DNA of 64,000 nt from Candidatus Woesearchaeota archaeon (GTDB taxonomy: Archaea > Nanobdellota > Nanobdellia > Woesearchaeales > 21-14-0-10-32-9), in NCBI GenBank assembly GCA_041660865.1, contig JBAZVO010000005.1, positions 62,626 through 126,625 of the forward strand. The letters run 5' to 3'. Shown here piece after piece: positions 38,210-46,802 of this stretch. The stretch's first letter is position 1, and each line of letters opens with the position of its first letter. Position numbers and translations under genes: made by a program. Below the pieces are notes generated by a model, which was not told the DNA's origin, did not search any database, and saw nothing but the letters and a program-made list of their open reading frames with translations.

Positions 38210-38728
38210 ATGGGTAAAATATTTGGAAAAAAAGGACAAGCAGCGTTAGAATTCTTAACGACATATGGTTGGGCATTCATGGTAATATTAGTAATGATTG
38301 GAGCACTCGCATACTTCGGAGTTTTAAATCCACAAAACATGGTTCCTGATTCATGTTCAATTACAGCAGGTTTAACATGTGTTGATGCGCAAGTAAATAC
38401 TAGTGATGCTAGTTTTTCATTCATAAATAATATGGGTGAAGCAATAACTGTAACTAATCTTGTAATTAATAGAGGCGGAACAGAAATCTTTAATGGAGAT
38501 CCAGATGCTGTTTGCACATTTAATGTTGGTTCTGTAGGATATGATACTGTTACAGGAATAGGAGATGGAGAAACATTTTCAATTGCTGCATGCCCTTATG
38601 ATGCTGTTGGTCTAGGAAAGAAAACTGGTCAGAAAGCTAAATTATCATTTACTTTAACTTACGCAAAGATGGTTGATGGTGCTTATTCGCACGATGCAAC
38701 AGGAACTCTTACAGCAACAGTTAGGTAA
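38210..38728 (+). CDS. Archaeal type IV pilin-like protein (class III signal peptide)
   Basis: KKGQAALEFLTTYGWAFMVILVMIGAL: a prepilin-peptidase-type site followed by a hydrophobic helix. Confidence 0.6.
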   Translation: MGKIFGKKGQAALEFLTTYGWAFMVILVMIGALAYFGVLNPQNMVPDSCSITAGLTCVDAQVNTSDASFSFINNMGEAITVTNLVINRGGTEIFNGDPDAVCTFNVGSVGYDTVTGIGDGETFSIAACPYDAVGLGKKTGQKAKLSFTLTYAKMVDGAYSHDATGTLTATVR

Positions 38729-38815
38729 GTAAATAATATTTTTTTATTTTTTTATTTTTAATTTATCTTTTAATTTTAGAGTTTGTGTTTAATTAATTCA
38801 GGGAGATGTTATTAA

Positions 38816-39256
38816 ATGAAAAAAAAAGCCCAAGCAGCAATAGAATTTTTAATGACTTATGGTTGGGCATTATTGATGATTATTGGTATTATTTCTGCAA
38901 TATATTTATTTAGTTCAAACCCAAAAGATGTTATTCCTAATTCATGTTCATTTGGTGATTCATTTGATTGTGTAGATGCACAAATTTTACAAACAGGTAA
39001 AGTTTTAGTTTCTTTGAAAAATTTAGTAGGAACTGATATTTTAATAAATTCAACTATATGTGAATACAACTCAAATAAAGTATTTACTCAAGAATCTAAA
39101 ACTGTAGCGCCTGGTGAATTATTTCAATTAAATTGTAGTACTGGACAACAAATTATTGATAAAGCAAAAGTTGATTTTGTTGTTGTGTACATAAAAGAAG
39201 GATACACGTTTCCATCATCTTCTGATGGAGTAATTATTGCAGAGCCTAGTTCTTAA
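38816..39256 (+). CDS. Archaeal type IV pilin-like protein, paralog of the preceding gene
   Basis: KKAQAAIEFLMTYGWALLMIIGIISAI, with the shared motif PNSCSF..CVDAQ. Confidence 0.6.
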   Translation: MKKKAQAAIEFLMTYGWALLMIIGIISAIYLFSSNPKDVIPNSCSFGDSFDCVDAQILQTGKVLVSLKNLVGTDILINSTICEYNSNKVFTQESKTVAPGELFQLNCSTGQQIIDKAKVDFVVVYIKEGYTFPSSSDGVIIAEPSS

Positions 39257-39299
39257 ATTTTTTATGCTCTAGGGTATTTTATTCTCTAGTTTAGAAGAA

Positions 39300-39427
39300 T
39301 TTGTAGAAAGTCTTTTTATGCCAGCGCCAGTTATCGATAATCATTATTTTTGTGGTATCGAGTCTAGTGTTTTATTATAATTATGTCTATTAACTGGCAA
39401 GCTGGCTGTGACTTTTTTTATAGAGCC
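39300..39427 (+). mobile_element. MITE-like element, copy 1 (~128 bp), flanked by a 12-bp direct repeat AGTTTAGAAGAA
   Basis: Imperfect terminal inverted repeats (AAAGTC..GCCAGC.GCCAGTTA / TAACTGGCAAGCTGGC..GACTTT). Exact 12-mers lie at 39288-39299 and 39428-39439. A second copy is at 50978-51106. Confidence 0.7.
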
Positions 39428-39484
39428 AGTTTAGAAGAAATATTTATATAACGTGACATTTTTTTAATTATTCGAGGGAAAAAT

Positions 39485-42337
39485 ATGTTTAAAAATTACG
39501 ATTTCAAAGAAGTAGAAGAAGCAATAATAAATCTTTGGACAGAAAAAGAAATATATCAAAAGACAAAAGAGAATAATAAAGGTGGAACGCCGTATTATTT
39601 TCTTCAAGGTCCTCCGTATACTAGTGGAAAATTACATATTGGCCACGCGTGGAATAACGCATTAAAAGATATGGTTCTAAGATATAAGAGAATGAAAGGT
39701 TTTGATGTGTGGGATCGTGCAGGATATGATATGCATGGACTTCCAACTGAGAGAAAAGTTATGGAAATTCATAAAATGAAGTTTAAATCAGACATAGAAA
39801 AATTTGGAATTCAAAAATTTAGTGAAGAATGTTTGAAGTTCTCAACTAATAATGCGCTTCAAATGAATAAGGATTTATTTAGATTAGGAATTTGGATGGA
39901 TTATGATTCAGCATATATGCCTGTTACTAATGAATTCATGGAAGGTGAATGGTTCCTTGTTAAAAAAGCACATGAAAAAGGACGATTATTTGAAGGAGAT
40001 AGAACTCTTACATGGTGTCCTAATTGTGCAACAGCAATGGCAAAACATGAATGTGATTACAAAACTGTTGAAGATACTAGTGTTTTTTTAAAATTTAAAA
40101 TTAAAGGAACAGAAAATGAATATTTATTGATTTGGACAACGACGCCTTGGACGATAATGTTTAATTTAGCAATAATGGTAAATCCTGAACTTGAATATGT
40201 AAAAGTTGAAGTTGATGGCGAAAAATGGGTTATTGCAAAAGCATTAGTAAATGTATTTATTCAAGGCGTAGTTGGAAAGAATTACAAATTAGTTGAAGAA
40301 TTTTATGGTGACAAACTTGAAGGAGTTGAATATGTTCATCCATGGTTTGATTTGTTACCATTTTATAAAACTTTGAAAGAGAATCATCCAAGAGTTCATA
40401 GTGTTGTTATGTCCTCAGAATATGTAACAACTGATTCAGGTACAGGGTTAGTTCATTGTGCTCCTGGCTGTGGTCCTGAGGATTTTGAAGTAGGATATAG
40501 AAATAATATTCCTCCATTTAATATAATTGATGAGAGAGGAATGTTTCCTCAAGAAGCAGGAGAATTTGCAGGAAGAGTTGCAAGAAAAGATGACGCTTTA
40601 TTTATAGAAGATTTCAAAACAGCAGGAATGTTTGTTGCAGATAATCCAGTTGAACATGAATATGCACATTGTGAAAGATGTTCATCTCCTGTTGTTTTTA
40701 GAAAAACTAAACAATGGTTCTTCAAGGTAGAAGATTTAAAAGATAAAATGCTTGAATTTAATAGAAATATTTATTGGGTTCCAAAAGCAGGGCAGAATGC
40801 GTTTAACTCTTGGCTTGAGAATTTAAGAGATAATAGTATTTCAAAACAAAGATATTGGGGAACACCCGTTCCTATTTGGAGATGCAATACTTGCGAGCAT
40901 TATGATGTAATAGGAAGCATAGCTGAATTAACTCAAAAGGCAGGAAAACTTCCAGATAATCTTCACAAACCTTGGATAGATGAAGTTAAGTATTCGTGTG
41001 TTTGTGGTGGAGAAATGAAAAGAGTTCCTGACATATTAGATGTTTGGATCGATGCTGGAACTGCAAGTTGGAATTGTTTGTATTATCCTCAAAGAACTGA
41101 TTTGTTTGAAAAATATTTCCCTGCAGATTTTATACTTGAAGCAAAAGAGCAAATTAGAGGATGGTTTAATTTGTTAATGGTTGCAAGTGTTATTGCATTT
41201 GATAAGCCTAGCTTCAAATCAGTTTACATGCACGGTATGATTACTGATTATGAAGGTAAAAAGATGAGTAAGAGTTTAGGCAATGTTTTATCTCCCTATG
41301 AAGTTATAGATAAACACGGATCTGATACTCTTAGATATTATATGTGTGAAACAAAACCTGGACAAGATATTAATTTTTCATGGGAAGATGTAAAATTAAA
41401 ATTTAAGAATCTTCAGGTTTTATGGAATGTGCAGAATTATTTATTTGATTTAACAAGAACGCACAAATTAAGTCCTGAATCTATAGGTTTAAAAGATATG
41501 GATGTTGAAGAAAAATACATTTTCTCAAAAGTTAATTCTGCAATAAAGCAAGTTACAGAATTAAATGAAAATTATTTGTTAAATGATATAACTCCTGTAA
41601 TAGAATCTGCATTCCTTGCTCTTTCAAGAGATTACATACAATTTATTAGAGATAAAGAAAATAAGCAATTAATAGTAAATACATTGCATGATTGTTTGCT
41701 TAACATTGTTAAGATGTTAGCACCTAGTACGCCATTTATTGCTGAAGCCATTTATCAAAATATGAAAGAAGAATATGGTTATGAAGAAGAATCTATACAT
41801 TTGTGTTCGTGGCCAAATTATGATGAATTGTATATTAATGAGAATTTAGAAACTGAAATGAGATTATCAAGAGAAATTATGACTGAAATTCTTGCAAAAA
41901 GAGAAATTGCTGGAATAGGTGTTAGATGGCCTTTACTAAAAGCAACAGTTACTCTTGTAGAATCTGATTCAATAAAAGATACAAAAAAATTAATCATACA
42001 ACAAACAAATATAAAATCAGTTGAGATAAACAAAGGTCAATTTAGTGTAGAACTTGATACGCAAATGACGCCTATTTTAGAGCAAGAAGGGTTTATGAGA
42101 GAGATTGGACGAAGAATGCAAGCATTAAGAAAAAAATCAGGTCTTAAAAAGAATGATAGAATAAAAATGATTGTTGAAACCGAGTTTAAATTAGAACAAA
42201 AATTCAAAGACGATCTTAAAGAAAAAGTTGGCGCTGATTTATTGGATTTTGTTGTTAAGACAAACATCGTATCTGAATTTATGGATGAAGCAGATATTAA
42301 AGGCAAGAAATTTAAGTTTGTGTTAGAAAAAATTTGA
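39485..42337 (+). CDS. ileS: Isoleucyl-tRNA synthetase
   Basis: PPYTSGKLHIGHAWN, WTTTPWT, KMSKSLGN. Confidence 0.88.
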   Translation: MFKNYDFKEVEEAIINLWTEKEIYQKTKENNKGGTPYYFLQGPPYTSGKLHIGHAWNNALKDMVLRYKRMKGFDVWDRAGYDMHGLPTERKVMEIHKMKFKSDIEKFGIQKFSEECLKFSTNNALQMNKDLFRLGIWMDYDSAYMPVTNEFMEGEWFLVKKAHEKGRLFEGDRTLTWCPNCATAMAKHECDYKTVEDTSVFLKFKIKGTENEYLLIWTTTPWTIMFNLAIMVNPELEYVKVEVDGEKWVIAKALVNVFIQGVVGKNYKLVEEFYGDKLEGVEYVHPWFDLLPFYKTLKENHPRVHSVVMSSEYVTTDSGTGLVHCAPGCGPEDFEVGYRNNIPPFNIIDERGMFPQEAGEFAGRVARKDDALFIEDFKTAGMFVADNPVEHEYAHCERCSSPVVFRKTKQWFFKVEDLKDKMLEFNRNIYWVPKAGQNAFNSWLENLRDNSISKQRYWGTPVPIWRCNTCEHYDVIGSIAELTQKAGKLPDNLHKPWIDEVKYSCVCGGEMKRVPDILDVWIDAGTASWNCLYYPQRTDLFEKYFPADFILEAKEQIRGWFNLLMVASVIAFDKPSFKSVYMHGMITDYEGKKMSKSLGNVLSPYEVIDKHGSDTLRYYMCETKPGQDINFSWEDVKLKFKNLQVLWNVQNYLFDLTRTHKLSPESIGLKDMDVEEKYIFSKVNSAIKQVTELNENYLLNDITPVIESAFLALSRDYIQFIRDKENKQLIVNTLHDCLLNIVKMLAPSTPFIAEAIYQNMKEEYGYEEESIHLCSWPNYDELYINENLETEMRLSREIMTEILAKREIAGIGVRWPLLKATVTLVESDSIKDTKKLIIQQTNIKSVEINKGQFSVELDTQMTPILEQEGFMREIGRRMQALRKKSGLKKNDRIKMIVETEFKLEQKFKDDLKEKVGADLLDFVVKTNIVSEFMDEADIKGKKFKFVLEKI

Positions 42338-42619
42338 TGATTTTTTTTGTTTTTTTTGGCCGTAAAAAACTAGTCAAATAATAATAAATGTTTATGCGCT
42401 AGTGATGGTGATAATCTGGAATTTATATATAATTATTGTTTGCATGAGTTGAGTCATACTGTTACTAGAATTTTAAGAATTAAAAATACGCCTCATAATA
42501 ACAAGAGGTCTAATGATAAATTTAACATTTTTTGTATTAATAAAAACTATCAGTCACAAAATAGACGTAGAAGAAGGCAAAATTCGTGCAAGTGGATAAG
42601 ATTATATACTGTGAGAAGA

Positions 42620-43543
42620 TTAGAAATTAATCTTGATGATGGAAAAAGAATTTTGATTGTTGTGTATACGATATTTTTCTTGTTTCTTTTTCATATTTTT
42701 TGCTACAATTACAAATTCACATTCAAATGTATCGAATTGTTGTAAATGTATTTTCTCAATGCCGAGTAAATTGTGCCCTATCTCTGGATAGATAATTTCA
42801 AGATTAAATTGTCCGTTATCTTGACCATAGTTAGAATTAGACGATGTTTTGCTACCATTAATTATTTTTTTGGACAATGTCATCAAAACGCATACTTTTT
42901 CAGCAGGAATTAGAGACGTATTGAAAGCAGTTATATTGAGTGAAGCTATTCCTCGAGAATCATTAATTTTAGTTAATTCTAATTTTAAATTGATGTCCGC
43001 ATAGTTCTTTCTATAAAAAATATCTTGTACCAACAAGCCACTAATGGGGCGTGATTTGCCTTCAACTCTTGAAAAGTATTTGTAGCTAGATTGTCCATGA
43101 CTAGCTTGATGTGGTGCATGCTCACTTTCATCAACAATTATGGCATAAAGATATTTGCTGTTATGTGGGATTTTTTTGACATAAAAATTATTGATTGAAG
43201 GTGTACAACTCGTGCAGATAACATCGCTAAGCCATTCTTTTTTAGTTCTGTTTTTATAAATATCCTCAGTTCCTATTTCAACATCGCCGTTATCAGTTAC
43301 TCCTATTAATAAGATGCCTCCGCCATAATTAGAAAAAGCACTTATTTCTTTTGATAACATTTCTTTAATCTTAGAGGTATTTGTGTCAATATCATTAAAA
43401 TCCGATATAGATTTTCGCTCAATTAGATTTGGTTCTCCTTTACTTGCTAACTCTTCAAATTCTGCAAAAGGCATAATTTCAGTTGAGTCATCAATATATT
43501 TTTTAATAAATTTATTAGGCATAGTAAATATATGGTGTGTCAT
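42620..43543 (-). CDS. AlbA_2 (Schlafen-like divergent AAA) domain protein
   Basis: ERKSI...KEISAFSNYGGGILLIGVTDNGDVEIG pattern. The C-terminal half is unknown. Confidence 0.5.
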   Translation of the reverse strand: MTHHIFTMPNKFIKKYIDDSTEIMPFAEFEELASKGEPNLIERKSISDFNDIDTNTSKIKEMLSKEISAFSNYGGGILLIGVTDNGDVEIGTEDIYKNRTKKEWLSDVICTSCTPSINNFYVKKIPHNSKYLYAIIVDESEHAPHQASHGQSSYKYFSRVEGKSRPISGLLVQDIFYRKNYADINLKLELTKINDSRGIASLNITAFNTSLIPAEKVCVLMTLSKKIINGSKTSSNSNYGQDNGQFNLEIIYPEIGHNLLGIEKIHLQQFDTFECEFVIVAKNMKKKQEKYRIHNNQNSFSIIKINF

Positions 43544-43714
43544 ATTAAATAGTTTTCCGTAGTATGTTAATTTAGATGTGTTTTATGGGTCAATTAATAA
43601 TTTAAGTATAAGAAGAAAACGGAGAGTTGCTGTAAAGTGTTTTTAGTAGTATTTTTTTTATAGTTCTTTTTAATATTTTTTTATAGTTTTTTACAGCGAT
43701 ATTTCGTCGTCTAA

Positions 43715-46474
43715 TTATTCGTCTAGTATTTCTTTAATTTTAGAATATATTTCTGGATTTTTATAAGGATTTAAAAGATTCATGTGCGCGCCACCTGTTA
43801 AAGAACAAATACTATTAAATGCGAAATTTTGAGAATAATTAAGAGGAACACTTGCGCTTTGCACAATTCCATCGCCGTCGCTACCAAATGTCGTACATCC
43901 TTCTCCTCTTATTGTAAAGATTGGAATGTTTGGAATTGGTTCTTGTTGTAAATTTATTAAAAAATCGCTATTTATTGTCATTTCATCACATTCTTTGTCT
44001 CGTCCAAAAAGTTTGCAAAATACTGTTGTTTCAGGGGGGACACCGTTATTTGGAGTTCCTACAATGATTATTTTATCAACATTATTTGTGCCGTAATTTT
44101 TTATATATTCTCGAGTTACAAGTCCGCCCATTGAATGTGCGATGATTATCACTTTATCTTTTCCTGTTTCTTCTTTTACATTTTCAATTATCGAGTTTAT
44201 TCGACCAGCGAAAATAGTTATGCTTTCATTATTTAATAATTCATCAGGATAATATGACGCTTTGTAAACAAATGGGGCATTTATGAATCCGAGAGAATCA
44301 ATTGTAATTGAATCATCTTTTTCTTTTATATATCCTGCAGGAATATATTTTTGTTCATTTAGAAGTATTTCTTCAAAAGAATTATACACTTGAGCAGGTG
44401 ATGTGGGGTCATTACCTGAATAAAATCCATGTCCGTGAACAAGTAGCAGAGGATAATTGTTTGACTCATTATTAACACAAGGAGTGCATTCGTTTTTAAA
44501 ACAACATAAAGGTTCTAGGTTAGGTAATGAATCAAGGTATGTTTGTGTTGCGATGTCTATTATTGTTTCATAGCTTAGATTAATATTAATAAATGAATTT
44601 GAATTTATTTGTGTGCAAGAAGTCATAGCTGTTAAGGTAAAATTTATAGGTAAAAAGAATTTAAATAAACTCGTATTAAAGGTAGGATTAATTAATAGTT
44701 GTTCGTTAATTGTTTGATTAGAAGTTATTTGTAAAATATAATTGTCGATGAGTTCAATAGCTCTTAGTGCTGCAAAATCAGTTCTATTTATTAGCTGTTG
44801 TTTGTATTGGGTTAAAATGTGTGTTCTATATTTTATTGATTCATTATCTACTGCCGATAAAAATTGAGATGTTTGATTGTTTCTATTTAATAATACTTGA
44901 TTTAATATATTTGTTTTTTCAGCCTCTAATAAATCATAATTTTCGCACATATTTGTGAGTTTTAAATTTATTGCATCGTAATTTGTATTTTCAAAATTTA
45001 TTAATTGTTCTGAAATATTTTGTGTGCATGATGAGAAATAATTTAAAAAATCATTATTGTTGTTATTGTTACGATTGTTGTTGTCGCGTTTATTGTTACG
45101 ATTATTGTTGTGATTGTTATTGTTAGATGTATTATTATTTGTTGTGTTAGTTTCATCGTTGTTATTTGGAGCAATATCGCTATTTGTATAGTTTAATATT
45201 GTACAATAATCGTTAGTTGTTAGAAGAATATCTAAATCTGCTTTAATAAATTGAGTATTATTTATTAGATTTGTCGTATATAAATTTCTAGCGGAATCTA
45301 AAGATGTATCTACACTTAATAAAGTGAGTGAAAGATCATAATAGTTTGAAAAATCTTTTCGTTCAATGCTTCGATATACAAATAAAAGAAGAGATTCGGC
45401 TTCAGATATGTGATTTGCAATCTCAGAATTTACAGATGGTGTGAATTGTTCACTTTTTTTTGTCGTGATTTTTGTTAGTTCTGTTTTTTCTTTTAAGAAG
45501 TATGCAGAAGTTATTGTGTTATTGTGCGTTTCTATTCTAAGTTTTGTTTCATTTAGAATTGTATTTGTAGTCGCATTAAAATTAGTTGAAAGTTTAGTTA
45601 AATTTGTTGTTTGAATTGTTTTTTGTACTAATGTATGATTTCTTGTTAGCCAAGAAGATGTAGAAAGTGTTAAGGCGTTGCTAAGTGGTTGTATTTGTTT
45701 GTTTGCGTTATTTATGTTGAAAGTTATATCGTCGACTTTGGCATATTTAGTTTGCAAAATTATGTTTTCAGCTTTGTCTAATTTAGATCTGCCTTCATTG
45801 AATTTATCGTAGCTATTTTGAAGCAATGATTGTTGCGTGTTTTTCATTGAAAGTTCTTCAAGATCAAGTTTTCGTTGAATTGTAATAATTGCAGTTTCAG
45901 ATATGGAATTATTTCCTGCAGGGCATGTTCTTGTCGCTATATTTATGCAAGATATGGAATAAACATAAATGTCCTGTCCTTCTCCGAGAATTGTTGGCGA
46001 AATGGTTTGTTCAAAACGTATATTTTTTGATGTTCTAAATATTATTTTTTCTGAGGACATTATTTTGTTTGAATTTATGTTTATGAAGTTTTGTGTGCAA
46101 CTTGCTTTACATAATCTGCTCGTTTCTAAGTTAACTGGAATTGTGAGTTTTGCTGGATTCTCTTTTGTTGTGAAAAGTGAAATGTGTCTTTGAGTTATTG
46201 ATATTTTCAAATCTTCTTTTACTGAAAATATAGCAGTTAATATGAGAAAAACAATTAATAAAAATATTATGCATGCAAGTGTTGTAATTCCTGTTTTTTT
46301 AATGTGATGTTTATGTTTTATCGCAAAATGTTTAGCTCTAAAAAGTAGAGTTATTGATTGAATTTCTCTCTCTAAAATATCTTTAACAGGAGAAGGGGTA
46401 TTAGCGGGATTATGGTTGGGAGTATTTACATGCGAGCTATTCTGTTTTTTTTTATTTTTAATATTAGTCGTCAT
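43715..46474 (-). CDS. Membrane-anchored 919-aa protein with a C-terminal alpha/beta-hydrolase (lipase/PGAP1-like) domain and an Asn-rich low-complexity tract
   Basis: N-terminal TM segment. LLLVHGHG and the nucleophile elbow IIIAHSMGGLV. An N-rich tract (NNDETNTTNNNTSNNNNHNNNRNNKRDNNNRNNNNNND) is encoded at about 45050-45170. Confidence 0.6.
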   Translation of the reverse strand: MTTNIKNKKKQNSSHVNTPNHNPANTPSPVKDILEREIQSITLLFRAKHFAIKHKHHIKKTGITTLACIIFLLIVFLILTAIFSVKEDLKISITQRHISLFTTKENPAKLTIPVNLETSRLCKASCTQNFININSNKIMSSEKIIFRTSKNIRFEQTISPTILGEGQDIYVYSISCINIATRTCPAGNNSISETAIITIQRKLDLEELSMKNTQQSLLQNSYDKFNEGRSKLDKAENIILQTKYAKVDDITFNINNANKQIQPLSNALTLSTSSWLTRNHTLVQKTIQTTNLTKLSTNFNATTNTILNETKLRIETHNNTITSAYFLKEKTELTKITTKKSEQFTPSVNSEIANHISEAESLLLFVYRSIERKDFSNYYDLSLTLLSVDTSLDSARNLYTTNLINNTQFIKADLDILLTTNDYCTILNYTNSDIAPNNNDETNTTNNNTSNNNNHNNNRNNKRDNNNRNNNNNNDFLNYFSSCTQNISEQLINFENTNYDAINLKLTNMCENYDLLEAEKTNILNQVLLNRNNQTSQFLSAVDNESIKYRTHILTQYKQQLINRTDFAALRAIELIDNYILQITSNQTINEQLLINPTFNTSLFKFFLPINFTLTAMTSCTQINSNSFININLSYETIIDIATQTYLDSLPNLEPLCCFKNECTPCVNNESNNYPLLLVHGHGFYSGNDPTSPAQVYNSFEEILLNEQKYIPAGYIKEKDDSITIDSLGFINAPFVYKASYYPDELLNNESITIFAGRINSIIENVKEETGKDKVIIIAHSMGGLVTREYIKNYGTNNVDKIIIVGTPNNGVPPETTVFCKLFGRDKECDEMTINSDFLINLQQEPIPNIPIFTIRGEGCTTFGSDGDGIVQSASVPLNYSQNFAFNSICSLTGGAHMNLLNPYKNPEIYSKIKEILDE

Positions 46475-46802
46475 GTTTTCTCATTTTTTTATTTTTTAAA
46501 ATTAATTTTTAAGCTTATTTGTATCTATGTGTGGTTATTTTAATTATATAGGTGATATTTTAACTATACGTATTATATTTTAACTATATTGATCATTTAA
46601 TGTTTATGTGTTTTTATCTGTTTGCTTTTTTTAATGGGTTTTTTGGGGTATTTGTGTTTTTTTGAGATTTTTTAATTTTTTTATTTGTTTATATTTCATA
46701 GCGTATATTGAATTTTGAGGTAATATTTTTTAAACTAATCTAGTTTCTCATGTGTATTAATATAAATAATTAATTCAACTTTAAAAGCAAAGAGACATAT
46801 GA

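Noticed and set aside
39320-39385. A short ORF inside MITE copy 1 (MPAPVIDNHYFCGIESSVLL) as an ileS leader peptide.
   Set aside because: It has only two Ile codons, and it lies inside a repeated mobile element, whose second copy does not preserve the ORF.
42440-42745. A 101-aa ORF between ileS and the AlbA_2 gene.
   Set aside because: It overlaps the 3' end of the minus-strand AlbA_2 gene, is Arg/Asn-rich low complexity, and has no SD or promoter context.
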